Source of the DNA: an uncultured archaeon | GTDB lineage: Archaea; Asgardarchaeota; Hermodarchaeia; Hermodarchaeales; Hermodarchaeaceae | DNA length: 64,000 nt | Reading direction: 5' to 3' | Assembly: GCA_964347045.1 (NCBI GenBank) | Contig: CAYFXC010000003.1 | Location: 102,701-166,700 of the forward strand | Shown: positions 39,080 through 48,769 of the stretch, one piece after another | Layout: every line of letters starts with the position of its first letter | Position numbering within the stretch: the first letter of the stretch is position 1 | Position numbers and translations under genes: made by a program | The notes under the pieces: model-generated | Database searches by the model: none | What the model saw: only the letters and a program-made list of their open reading frames with translations | Told to the model about the DNA's origin: nothing

Positions 39080-40315
39080 ATGTGTCCTGAAGTACCATCC
39101 GGTTCCCCTAAGTCAAAAGAAAAAGCCTACCGGAAACTCAATTCGAGCAAACTTTTGCGTGAAACCATGACCCTTCATATCTTAAGTACAAAACAAGCTT
39201 CTCAAGACGGTCGGTTGGCATGGGTTACTTCAGGATTTCCTGTCGAAATTCCCGTGGCGTTCGATGTTACTGCCGCCTACCCCGAACAGTATGGGGCTAT
39301 AGTTGGGTCAGATAAGTGTGGACCTTTGCTTTGTGGATTTGCCGAAGAACTCGGTTTTTCACAGGAGCTTTGCTCCTATGCTCGGTCCAGTATTGGTTCG
39401 ATTCAGCATCCTGAACAAAGCCCTTTAACTGGTCTTCCACCGCCTCAAGCTCTTCTGGCTTGCAATAATATCTGTGGAACGGTGCTCCCTTGGTATGAAG
39501 CCGTGTCTGAACTGACAGGCGCACCAGTATATCTTGTAGATACTCCACCATTAGAGGGAGACCAATCCGCCCACCATCTCGCTTATGTGAAATCTAGCCT
39601 AATGGGGCTGATTGATTTTCTAAGCAAAACCTTCAACAGAGAATACGATGAAGCAAAATTACTTCAAGTTGCTGAGACATCTAATGAAGCGATTAACCTT
39701 TGGACTCGTGCCTTGAAAGCCTGCAGAAACAAACCCTCTCCCCTTAATTGTGCAGACCGGTTCTTATCGATGGCTCCAATTGTCGCCTTGCGTGGAACTC
39801 AACAGGCTACTAGCTTCTACCAAACTTTTCTAGCTGAGGTCGAAGACCGTGTTAAAAACGGAATAGGCGCCATCGTCGACGAAAAAGTCAGACTACTCTG
39901 GGATAATATACCGCCTTGGTTTACAATTTACAACTTCTTCAACACGCTTGCAAAACGTGGAGTAGTCTTCCCTGCGGATTCATATACGCATGCCTGGTCG
40001 GCAAATATCCCCAGTGGGGCTGTAATCGAAAGTATTGCCAAGGTCTATTCCAATGTTTATTTGAACAAAGGACTCACAGCTAAAATTGACAAAATGTGCA
40101 CTCTCATTAAAGACTATGATTTAGAAGGGTTCGTTTTGTTCTCGGTCCGTTCGTGTAAACGTTATTCATTGGGACAGATGGTGACAAAGGAAGAGATTAC
40201 TCGGAGAACAGGGGTTCCTGGAGTTATAGTTGAAGGCGATATGGTGGATAGCCAACAATACAACGAAGCACAAGCACAAACTCGAGTTGAAGCCCTTCTT
40301 GAAATGATTGTATAA
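39080..40315 (+). CDS. 2-hydroxyacyl-CoA dehydratase / class I benzoyl-CoA reductase subunit (HgdA/BcrB/BzdO-like)
   Basis: AWVTSGFPVEI, YPE, AE..GFS.ELCSY, NNICG, RSCK, EGDM.D, TRVEALLE. Confidence 0.88.
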   Translation: MCPEVPSGSPKSKEKAYRKLNSSKLLRETMTLHILSTKQASQDGRLAWVTSGFPVEIPVAFDVTAAYPEQYGAIVGSDKCGPLLCGFAEELGFSQELCSYARSSIGSIQHPEQSPLTGLPPPQALLACNNICGTVLPWYEAVSELTGAPVYLVDTPPLEGDQSAHHLAYVKSSLMGLIDFLSKTFNREYDEAKLLQVAETSNEAINLWTRALKACRNKPSPLNCADRFLSMAPIVALRGTQQATSFYQTFLAEVEDRVKNGIGAIVDEKVRLLWDNIPPWFTIYNFFNTLAKRGVVFPADSYTHAWSANIPSGAVIESIAKVYSNVYLNKGLTAKIDKMCTLIKDYDLEGFVLFSVRSCKRYSLGQMVTKEEITRRTGVPGVIVEGDMVDSQQYNEAQAQTRVEALLEMIV

Positions 40316-40324
40316 GAGCCGATA

Positions 40325-41107
40325 ATGTTGGTTGAAAAATCTCAGCTTGGCATTGGCATAGATGTGGGTTCAACCACTACCAAAGCCGTTCTACTTGACG
40401 CAGAACTAAATGTTATTGCCAAGTTTCTTTTAGCCACTGGTGCCTCTGCTCAGAAATCCGTTCAACGATGCCTTGATGAACTCTCTGCGATTTCTCAAAA
40501 GGACCTCTCAAAGGTTCCATCGATTAGTACCGGATATGGTCGACGTCAAGCTATAACCGCAATGAAATCTGTTACCGAAATTACATGTCACAGTATTGGA
40601 GTCCATACATTAAATCCAGAAATCCAAACGCTCATTGATGTTGGCGGACAAGATTCTAAGATCATTCGCATTGGTCCTGATGGACGCCCAAAGGATTTTG
40701 AGCTCAACGACAAATGTAGTGCAGGTACGGGACGGTTCTTAGAAGTAATGGCGCAAGTCCTCGAACTATCAATCAACGAGTTAGGTCCTCTTTCGCTGAA
40801 AGCTGAAACCCCTTCAGTCATCAGCAGCACTTGTACTGTATTTGCTGAAAGCGAAGTAATCGGGCGCATAGGCGCCGGTGATAATCCAGAAGATATCGCT
40901 GCAGGCGTCCACAAGGCGATGGCTGTTAAAATTGCAACCCTCTCACAACGTGTCAGGGTAGAACCGCCTGTTTCACTAACCGGTGGAGTTGCATTAAACC
41001 CTGGATTTAGTCACTATCTGGGCAAAGAACTGCAAATCGCGCTTTGGGTGCCGAAGGCACCTCAATACACAGGTGCATTGGGCGCCGCTATTCTAGCCCT
41101 AGGCTAG
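40325..41107 (+). CDS. ATP-dependent acyl-CoA dehydratase activase (HgdC/BadF/BzdQ, ASKHA 4Fe-4S)
   Basis: GIDVGSTTTK, TGYGR, EITCH, DVGGQDSK, NDKCSAGTG, STCTVFAESE, GGVA.N. Confidence 0.95.
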   Translation: MLVEKSQLGIGIDVGSTTTKAVLLDAELNVIAKFLLATGASAQKSVQRCLDELSAISQKDLSKVPSISTGYGRRQAITAMKSVTEITCHSIGVHTLNPEIQTLIDVGGQDSKIIRIGPDGRPKDFELNDKCSAGTGRFLEVMAQVLELSINELGPLSLKAETPSVISSTCTVFAESEVIGRIGAGDNPEDIAAGVHKAMAVKIATLSQRVRVEPPVSLTGGVALNPGFSHYLGKELQIALWVPKAPQYTGALGAAILALG

Positions 41108-41172
41108 AAGCGAATTAGTAACAGTTATGGTATGAAAGAACTATCCTGCTCATTTGTTAAGGACGTGAATAA

Positions 41173-41703
41173 ATGACCATTATCTCCTATAAAGATAAGA
41201 AACCAACAATAGCCAAGGATGCCTATATCTCGCCCCGCGCTACTGTTATAGGTGCCATTACCATTGGTGCTCGTAGTAATGTGTGGGAACATGCTGTTAT
41301 TCGTGCAGACTATAACACTATCACCATTGGAACTGATTCGAGCATCCAAGACAATAGTACAGTCCACTGTGATCTCCGGTTTCCAACCAAGATTGGGAAC
41401 CGCGTCATCCTAGGACACAATTCTGTGGTACATGGGTGCACTATAGAAGATGATGTCCTTGTTGGAATAGGTGCTGTTATTCTAAATGGCGCTCATATCG
41501 GACAAAAGTCTATAATTGGCGCAGGAAGTGTCATCACACCTGGAAAGAAAATTCCCTCAGAGAGCCTCGTCATCGGCGTCCCTGGCAAAGTGGTCCGGTC
41601 CCTCACGCCCGCTGATCTCATGGAACATGATGCCAATTGGAAAGTCTACGTCGAACTCGGTCGTCAATATCTCAAAGAACTCTCCCAACACCAGAAAGGA
41701 TAA
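41173..41703 (+). CDS. Gamma-carbonic-anhydrase-family left-handed beta-helix protein
   Basis: Hexapeptide repeats; IRAD, IQDNS.VH, GH, HGC metal ligands. Confidence 0.92.
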   Translation: MTIISYKDKKPTIAKDAYISPRATVIGAITIGARSNVWEHAVIRADYNTITIGTDSSIQDNSTVHCDLRFPTKIGNRVILGHNSVVHGCTIEDDVLVGIGAVILNGAHIGQKSIIGAGSVITPGKKIPSESLVIGVPGKVVRSLTPADLMEHDANWKVYVELGRQYLKELSQHQKG

Positions 41704-41846
41704 TTTGTTTTTAATCAGATTCAGGAATTGAACTGAACACGCAAGTGTGCCTAAAAACCAAATTATTTAATAATGATAAGATAATCTGCCATCTGCGTGT
41801 TGAACTTCAACACCCTATACAAAGAAGCACTTTGCAGGTGGACCCT

Positions 41847-42947
41847 GTGAAAATTACTGTCACTGTAATCAAGGCAGATATTGGTAGTATTGGTGGTCAC
41901 ATCCGAACTTGTGATGTGACAACTGACGTCATCTGTCAAGCCATCGATGAAGCCCATCAATCCGGACTAATAATTGACTACAAAATCTGGAATGCGGGTG
42001 ACGATAGCGAAATATTGATGACACACACTCGTGGAGTTGACGACGAAAAAATCCACAAAACAGCATTTGACGCGTTGATGCAAGGCGCAGAGAATGCAAA
42101 AGAACGTGGTCTATATGGAGCTGGACAGGATATACTGAAGGAAGCCTTCAGTGGAAATGTCCGTGGAATGGGTCCTGGTGTTGCTGAAATGGAGTTTGAA
42201 GAACGTCCCGCTGAACCCTTCATTGTTTTCACAGCAGACAAGACGGCTCCAGGAGCCTTCAATTACCCAATCTACAGGGTCTTTGGTGATCCTTTCAACA
42301 CGGCAGGTTTAATCATCGATCCAAAGATGCATGACGGTTTCATTTTTGAAGTCTTTGATATCAAAAACAATAAAACCGTGAAACTAGAAACACCGGCTGA
42401 AACTTATGACCTTTTGGCGTTAATCGGGTCAACAGAAGACTATGTTGTTAAACGAGTTTACTCCAAGGATGAATCACGGGGAATTGGAGCTGTAATCTCA
42501 ACCGAAAAACTCTATGCAGTAGCAGGCAAGTATATTGGAAAAGATGACCCAGCCGCCATCGTAAGAGCTCAAAGCGGATTTCCAGCGACAGGTGAAGTCC
42601 TTGAGGGCTTCGCGCTAGGACATCTTGTCACAGGGTGGATGCGTGGTAGCCATAATGGCCCCCTCATGCCTGTGCCCCTCCATTACTCGCAGTGCACTCG
42701 ATTTGATGGTCCGCCACGAATCACCGGGTTAGCTTTCAGCATGAAAAACGGGATATTAACTGAACCCTTGGATGTTTTTGATGATCCCGCATGGGACTTA
42801 ACTAGAGACCAATGCATGTATGTGACTGACTATCTGCGTCGACATGGCCCCTTTGAGCCTCATCGACTTCCCCCTGCATCAATGGAATATACGACTCTTC
42901 CGAATGTCCTAGAGAAACTAAAAAGTCGTTTCAAGCCCATAAAATGA
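41847..42947 (+). CDS. fbp: Bifunctional fructose-1,6-bisphosphate aldolase/phosphatase (start GTG 41847 after AGGTG)
   Basis: KITVTVIKADIG..GGH, GDD, GLYGAGQD, FSGNVRGMGPG, AGKYIGKDDP, GWMRGSH.GP, RFDGPP, RHGPFEPHRL, EYTT. Confidence 0.97.
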   Translation: MKITVTVIKADIGSIGGHIRTCDVTTDVICQAIDEAHQSGLIIDYKIWNAGDDSEILMTHTRGVDDEKIHKTAFDALMQGAENAKERGLYGAGQDILKEAFSGNVRGMGPGVAEMEFEERPAEPFIVFTADKTAPGAFNYPIYRVFGDPFNTAGLIIDPKMHDGFIFEVFDIKNNKTVKLETPAETYDLLALIGSTEDYVVKRVYSKDESRGIGAVISTEKLYAVAGKYIGKDDPAAIVRAQSGFPATGEVLEGFALGHLVTGWMRGSHNGPLMPVPLHYSQCTRFDGPPRITGLAFSMKNGILTEPLDVFDDPAWDLTRDQCMYVTDYLRRHGPFEPHRLPPASMEYTTLPNVLEKLKSRFKPIK

Positions 42948-42997
42948 TGTAGATATAACTCTAATCATCTAAACCTTCCTGAAACCAATACTACCTA

Positions 42998-43052
42998 ATG
43001 ATCTGGATAGGCGCCGACTTTGATTTAGTGAGAAGTAGCCCCAAACCTCTGA
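42998..43052 (+). ncRNA. Candidate C/D-box guide sRNA
   Basis: C-like ATGATCT (42998), guide, D' TTGA (43020), C' GTGAGAA (43028), guide, D CTGA (43049-43052); 55 nt with typical spacing. Confidence 0.45.
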
Positions 43053-43091
43053 AAAAAGATTTCACAATTTTATTCGTTACAGGATAAATAG

Positions 43092-43167
43092 TGGCGGGCC
43101 CGCAGGGATTTGAACCCCGGATCTACAGGTCCGAAGCCTGTCGCCGTATCCACTTGGCCACGGGCCC
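43092..43167 (-). tRNA. tRNA-Arg (anticodon TCG), no intron, CCA encoded
   Basis: GGGCCCG acceptor stem; ACAGG-CTTCGGA-CCTGT anticodon arm; GTTCAAATC T-loop; 3' GCCA; 76 nt. Confidence 0.97.
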
Positions 43168-43304
43168 ATAATAGAACAGTCGAGTTACGATATCCCCCAT
43201 TTTAACCGTTTCGTTCTTCTTTTTCATTTTTCTAAAGGAACTCGATAAAGACGAAAGAGAAAAAAAGGTTGGCTCTGCGTACTCTCAACAGGATTTAGAT
43301 TACG

Positions 43305-45173
43305 GTGAAGATCGAAAACCCTTGGGCAGAATTTCAGAAACAAGTTAACGATGCCCTACGTCTTTCCAGTGGTCAAGATCTCAATCAGTACCTAGAGATA
43401 CCTGCAGATCCGCAACACGGCGATTTGGCATGTACAGCTGCTTTTCATCTTACCCAGCAACGAAAAAAGAGTCCCGCAGATATTGCCAAAGAACTCGCGG
43501 TTTTTGATCCTAGCCGGTTTCCTCTTATTGAACAGGTCGTTGCCCATGGTCCCTATGTAAATTTCTACATTAGCATCATTCCATATCGTCGTATTGTTTT
43601 CGATTCAATTCAAGCAAGTGGCGGAACCTATGGCACTTCTTCAATGTTCGCGGGAAAACATGTGGTCGTCGAATATCCTGCCGTGAATCCTAATAACCCG
43701 CTGCATATCGGTCATGCTCGAAACGCAGTTTTAGGTGATACCACAGCGCGACTATTGAAAACCGTTGGCTATGATGTCACTCGAATGGATTATATCAATG
43801 ACTTGGGGTTACAAATTGCTGTTGCTTATTGGGCTATGAAGCACTTGGATGCTTCAAAATACAAAGGAAAATATGACCAAGTCATAGGGCGCTTATATGT
43901 GGACGCTCAGGAAAAGTACGATGAATCACAGGTACGCATGTACTTGAAACTCATGGAACAGGGAAACAACGAGGTGGCTTCGGAAGTCCGAGCGATGTCT
44001 GAAAGAGTGCTTCGAGCACACCACAAAACCCACAAAAAACTAAATGTGATGCATGACCTCTTAGTCTGGGAAAGTGATATTGCACATTCGGGTCTTTTTT
44101 CTGAAGCGCTCGAAAAAATACTCGAGTCACCAACCACATCACGACCAACCAAAGGTGAGAAAGCTGGTTGTGTGATCGTTGACCTTAGCGCTTACGATGA
44201 ATTCCGGCGTTTAAAGGATACTGATAAGGTGCTAGTTCGTTCTGATGGAGTTGCAACATACACTGGGAAAGATATTGCGTTCCACTTCTGGAAATTTGGC
44301 ATTATTAAAGATCCATTCAAATATAAGCCGTTTAAAAGCCCTAAATCTGAAGAAAACGAAATTTGGACAACTACTCAGCAAGGAGAAATGGGGCGCTATC
44401 AACCCGCAGATATTATTTACAACGTCATTGGAATGCCCCAAAGTCAGGAACAACGCACAGTCTATCTGACATTACAAACTTTGGGCTATGAGAAGGCATC
44501 AAGGAACTACTATCATCTAGCTTATGAATTCGTCAATCTCCCTGAAGCTAGATTTTCTGGAAGAAAGGGAACTTGGATTGGGTTCAGCACTGATGATATT
44601 AACCGCGAAGCCACACGGCGTGCTCGCAAAGAAGTAAAAAAACGAAATCCCGGAGCTGATTCTCGGTTCCTTCGAGAAGTATCAGAATCTATCGGATCAG
44701 CCGCAATCAGATACTCCCTTCTCAAGGTTGCTGTGGAAAAACAAATTGTATTCAAGTGGGAGGATATGCTGAACTTTGATGGCAACGCAGCTCCTTATCT
44801 TATGTATACCCATGCTCGCGCCTCTTCAATCCTCAGAAAAGAAAACCCGCCGACTACTGCTCGGTTGAGCGAATTAACTAGCCCCTTTGAAGCTGAGCTC
44901 ATAAAGCTCCTAGGTCGTTTTCCCGCTGTTCTCATTGAAATTGTCCAAGGTATAAAACGAGAAATCTGGGGCACCCGAATTGAACTTTTCCACCTCGCGG
45001 AGTACACTCACGCTCTTTGTGTTGCCTTCAATTCCTTCTATAATCACTGCCCGGTCATCAAAGCCGAAACGACTGCATTAAAAATGGCTCGGCTTCTTCT
45101 CGTCGATCGTTGTCGTCAAGTCCTTTCCAACGCGCTTGACTTGTTAGGAATTACATCTCTTGAACGCATATAG
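43305..45173 (+). CDS. argS: Arginyl-tRNA synthetase
   Basis: HGDLA, GPYVNF, VEY..VNP..PLHIGHARN, YINDLG.Q, RSDG..TY..KDIA, FSGRKG, PYLMY.HAR..SIL, C-terminal ERI. Confidence 0.96.
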   Translation: MKIENPWAEFQKQVNDALRLSSGQDLNQYLEIPADPQHGDLACTAAFHLTQQRKKSPADIAKELAVFDPSRFPLIEQVVAHGPYVNFYISIIPYRRIVFDSIQASGGTYGTSSMFAGKHVVVEYPAVNPNNPLHIGHARNAVLGDTTARLLKTVGYDVTRMDYINDLGLQIAVAYWAMKHLDASKYKGKYDQVIGRLYVDAQEKYDESQVRMYLKLMEQGNNEVASEVRAMSERVLRAHHKTHKKLNVMHDLLVWESDIAHSGLFSEALEKILESPTTSRPTKGEKAGCVIVDLSAYDEFRRLKDTDKVLVRSDGVATYTGKDIAFHFWKFGIIKDPFKYKPFKSPKSEENEIWTTTQQGEMGRYQPADIIYNVIGMPQSQEQRTVYLTLQTLGYEKASRNYYHLAYEFVNLPEARFSGRKGTWIGFSTDDINREATRRARKEVKKRNPGADSRFLREVSESIGSAAIRYSLLKVAVEKQIVFKWEDMLNFDGNAAPYLMYTHARASSILRKENPPTTARLSELTSPFEAELIKLLGRFPAVLIEIVQGIKREIWGTRIELFHLAEYTHALCVAFNSFYNHCPVIKAETTALKMARLLLVDRCRQVLSNALDLLGITSLERI

Positions 45174-45287
45174 GTTTTATTACAAGCCCGTAAATAGTCT
45201 TATATGACAAGAATTAAATATTAATTAATGTACTAATATTCTCACAAAACGAGAATTTAAGCCTCGTTTTAATGTAGGCGAATTCTT

Positions 45288-46220
45288 TTGAAAATAATAT
45301 ATCGTCATTGGGAGCCCGGTCAAGGGCTAGAAGATATTCAAGCAAAAATCTATACAGAAGCTTCTGGACTTCCAGTACGAGCTGAACAAATTCGGGCTCG
45401 AAATATGAGTCGCGATCCAAAAATGACTCGCTATGCATTAACTGAGGAAGGGGACCCTCTAGCGTATATCACCTCGCGGGATTCAACCTCTGAACGGGGA
45501 AGAACGTATATCGGATATCCGTGGACTTTACCTGATGCTCCCGGTGAGGTTCAAGCGAAGTTATTTGAAGAACAATACGCATTCTTAAAAAAACGAAAAG
45601 AAACGGAGGAAATCGCCACAACGGTTGTCCTCTCCGCAAAGATTGCAGAAAAACAACTTGCCTTTTGGAAAGAAAAAGGATTTGTTGAGGACGAAAGACT
45701 GTATCGTTATTTTCTTGATTTTGACATCAAAGAAATCAGCAAATGGAAATTGGAGGCAAAACTCAAAGAGTTATCGAGTCGCATGGCCACATCAAAGGAT
45801 CTCGAATACTTATATGAAATTTCGCGAGTCGATCCGACCCTTGCTAGAGAGCTTCAAACCGAAGAAGCGCGGGAGAGTTATTTTAAAGATCGTGTTCTGA
45901 AAGATGGTCATGCGGTTCTTCTCTTTGATGAGGGTAAAGTGATTGCCGCCAGCGCCCCGCTCCGAATTGAACCAGACCAACTTTTGATTGTCGGAGAAGA
46001 AGCCCGTGTCATTATGCGTTTTACAGCTATCCGACCTGGCTATCAGCATGCATGGAAACGACTAGTATATGAAATTGCCAAAGAAATCAAAGCAGCCGGA
46101 TGGAGCGACACGCCGTTACGGACTAGCTTCTTTTTTTCAACAAAGGCCCCAATTGCAATTAACTTTGCAGAAATGCGTCCAGAACTTGAAATGTTTGAAA
46201 TCATACTCAAGGAACATTAA
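45288..46220 (+). CDS. Hypothetical protein, probable tandem GNAT-like fold
   Basis: IIYRHW start, MTRYALTE.G.PLAYI, FWKEKGF motif-B-like, second half AVLLFDEGKVIA. Confidence 0.55.
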   Translation: MKIIYRHWEPGQGLEDIQAKIYTEASGLPVRAEQIRARNMSRDPKMTRYALTEEGDPLAYITSRDSTSERGRTYIGYPWTLPDAPGEVQAKLFEEQYAFLKKRKETEEIATTVVLSAKIAEKQLAFWKEKGFVEDERLYRYFLDFDIKEISKWKLEAKLKELSSRMATSKDLEYLYEISRVDPTLARELQTEEARESYFKDRVLKDGHAVLLFDEGKVIAASAPLRIEPDQLLIVGEEARVIMRFTAIRPGYQHAWKRLVYEIAKEIKAAGWSDTPLRTSFFFSTKAPIAINFAEMRPELEMFEIILKEH

Positions 46221-46249
46221 TCACAAAGAGATCAGAATGGTTTGCTACA

Positions 46250-47107
46250 ATGAAGCCAACTGTTGCAATAGTGGATACTGATTCATTCCCTCAAGCCGTT
46301 GAAATCATCGGGGGGTTAAATAGCCTTAATTCTCCAGATCGACAAGTAATCATCAAAGTTGGAATCTACAATCCTGAAACGGGTATTTGCACGAAGGTGA
46401 AGACCCTAAAATCCATCATCACGGCATTTGATAAATCCAAAAAAATTCTAATCGCTGAATCAGATAGCGGTGCTGGTCCTGGATTAAAACGACTAGAAGT
46501 TTGGAACGATTGCTACAATGAAAAAGCAACTCCTTTCAATCTATCTGAGGATCAAAACACTCAACAGGTCAAAGTAGCAGGAGAAACGGTTCCATTTTCT
46601 CAAACCCTTCTTGAACCCAAGACGTTCGTTAGCACCCATGTACCCCGACGATATGAAAAAGCTGGACTCGAGGATCTGATGAATATGGGATTTGTGATCA
46701 AGAATCTGCTCGGATTAATTCTTGATACAAAAAAACATCGTTTTCATGATCACCTAACTACTGCTCTTCTCGATATGTATGAAGCCATCGGTGGCATTGA
46801 CTTGGCAGTCTTAGATGCGACACACGCTTTTCTTGGATGGAAGAAGAAACGAGTCATCATTTCACCTGAATTGCTCATCGTTGGGAGGGATGCGTTTGCT
46901 GTCGAAGCTGTGGGTATGCACTTAATGGGGTTTAATCCTATCGAAATGTCTGTCCTTCAAGAAGCCAAAGAACGAAGGCTAGGCGAAATCCGTATTGATC
47001 AAATCAACATTGAAGGCGAGATCGATGGTCCCAGACAGATGATTAGAACCGCATTTGCTAATATGGTTCCAAGGCGGTTTCAAAAAGAATACGGATTGGA
47101 GAAATAA
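46250..47107 (+). CDS. DUF362-like protein
   Basis: VIIK, ILIAES, IKNLLG, DLAVLDA, LIVG.D.FAVE..G..LMGFNP, A.ER.LGE. Confidence 0.75.
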   Translation: MKPTVAIVDTDSFPQAVEIIGGLNSLNSPDRQVIIKVGIYNPETGICTKVKTLKSIITAFDKSKKILIAESDSGAGPGLKRLEVWNDCYNEKATPFNLSEDQNTQQVKVAGETVPFSQTLLEPKTFVSTHVPRRYEKAGLEDLMNMGFVIKNLLGLILDTKKHRFHDHLTTALLDMYEAIGGIDLAVLDATHAFLGWKKKRVIISPELLIVGRDAFAVEAVGMHLMGFNPIEMSVLQEAKERRLGEIRIDQINIEGEIDGPRQMIRTAFANMVPRRFQKEYGLEK

Positions 47108-47121
47108 AGAACATCTTAATA

Positions 47122-47694
47122 CTAAGAGCCTGTCTTTAATTTCTCCGCGAAGCCTTTCTCAAGTTTCGAGAGTTTTGGAGGAATTACTATTTTTGCATAT
47201 GCTTGGTTGGGATTCCGTGCAAAGAAATTTTGATGGTACTCTTCAGCTTTGTAAAAGGCATTGAATGGTTCAAGAGTCGTTACAATCGGTTTAGAAAATT
47301 TTCCGGATCTACTTAATTCTTGAATCACTTCTTCCGCAATTGCCTTTTGTTCATTATCATGATAAAAAATCACGGACCGATACTGGGTCCCAATATCATT
47401 GCCTTGCCGGTTCAATGTTGTAGGGTCGTGTGTGGCAAAGAAAATCTCCAACAATTCGCGGAAGGAAATGATAGCGTGGTCGTAGGTGATTTGAATCACC
47501 TCAACATGCCCTGTTGTTCCCGAACTCACTTGCTCATATGTGGCGGTTTCAGCGGTTCCTCCCGAATAACCTGATTCAACTTTATGAACACCTTTGAGCC
47601 GAAGAAAAATGGCTTCAGTACACCAAAAGCACCCGCCACCTAATGTGGCATACGCCAAACCCTTGACATCTCGATCTGTTAACACATCGTTCAT
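47122..47694 (-). CDS. msrA: Peptide methionine (S)-sulfoxide reductase
   Basis: [44 protein letters not shown]. Confidence 0.97.
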   Translation of the reverse strand: MNDVLTDRDVKGLAYATLGGGCFWCTEAIFLRLKGVHKVESGYSGGTAETATYEQVSSGTTGHVEVIQITYDHAIISFRELLEIFFATHDPTTLNRQGNDIGTQYRSVIFYHDNEQKAIAEEVIQELSRSGKFSKPIVTTLEPFNAFYKAEEYHQNFFARNPNQAYAKIVIPPKLSKLEKGFAEKLKTGS

Positions 47695-47828
47695 AGCTTA
47701 ATTATTTTCACTCATACTTCAAAAACCCAATGAATTATCGAGAGCAACTTAGACGATCATTAACGAGTCTAAACACTTTAAAGCCGCGTACGCAATTCTC
47801 GCATGACGATCCATGCTGAGGAATCGCC

Positions 47829-48767
47829 ATGTCTCCTGCTATTCCCTATTTCAACACGGAACTAGCCAAAGATTATGTTACCAATTACGAAATCCCCGAG
47901 ATCAATAAGTTCGTCAATTTACTTTTTCTCAGGGATATCGAAGAAATTCCTATTTTCGATTCTTTCTTTCTACAAGAACAGGAAAAACTTCTACCATCTC
48001 TCACCAAGAATATGAGTTTATGGATTGAAAAAAATCGCAAACGTACTTTCCTCAGTTTTCAAGAAGTAATGTCTTTTTTTGGATATTTAGGGCTAAACGG
48101 AACACAAATTCCCGAACTAGTCGACGCGGTCGATCATGTCTTTCGTTCATATAAACGCGTCGGTGGTGCCTTTATTGCGTCGAGCGGCAAAATCAACAAA
48201 TGTGGTAATACTGCCTTTCTTCGTGCTGTTTTAGCTCTAGGATTTGCAGACGATCCCCGCGTAGAACAAGCCTGTATGGAGTATTTGGAATTTATAAGGG
48301 GTCGTGAAGGGGAATGTCATGTCCGCACCGATGGGAATCCTTGTGGTTACGTTATGGTTCGTACACTCCGCTGGCTTAATGAATTCCCTTTAGAATGGCG
48401 TGGGAAGAATTATCGGGCTTCCGTGAAAAATATCCAAGATTATCTACTTGCCTACGATCTCTCATCAGCTGATTACCCTCGCCGGAAACCTGAGCCAAAT
48501 AAAAATTGGTTTAAATTTGGCTATTTCCGTTCCTATCAAAGCAGCATCTTCGAAGCGGCCGAAGCCTTAGTTCAAAGTGGCGTCACTAAACATCCCGTTC
48601 TTACAAGAACTCTTGATGTTATCGGTTCTAACTGCATTAATGGGATTACTTGGAAACCTCAATATATTCGGAAGCACTGGCCAATAAACATCCTTCCACC
48701 ACAACGAGGAAAAAATATAGGGAGCCCTTGGATTTCTCTCCGAGGATTACGAATCACCAAAGTGTAG
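47829..48767 (+). CDS. Hypothetical protein, possible alpha/alpha toroid (prenyltransferase/squalene-cyclase-like)
   Basis: LG.ADDPRV, W.KFG..RSYQS...E..EAL, G.PW patterns. Confidence 0.5.
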   Translation: MSPAIPYFNTELAKDYVTNYEIPEINKFVNLLFLRDIEEIPIFDSFFLQEQEKLLPSLTKNMSLWIEKNRKRTFLSFQEVMSFFGYLGLNGTQIPELVDAVDHVFRSYKRVGGAFIASSGKINKCGNTAFLRAVLALGFADDPRVEQACMEYLEFIRGREGECHVRTDGNPCGYVMVRTLRWLNEFPLEWRGKNYRASVKNIQDYLLAYDLSSADYPRRKPEPNKNWFKFGYFRSYQSSIFEAAEALVQSGVTKHPVLTRTLDVIGSNCINGITWKPQYIRKHWPINILPPQRGKNIGSPWISLRGLRITKV

Positions 48768-48769
48768 GA

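Noticed and set aside
43053-43091. Integrated element at the tRNA 3' end
   Set aside because: No integrase, no duplicated tRNA 3' end noticed, and the flanking gene (fbp) is core
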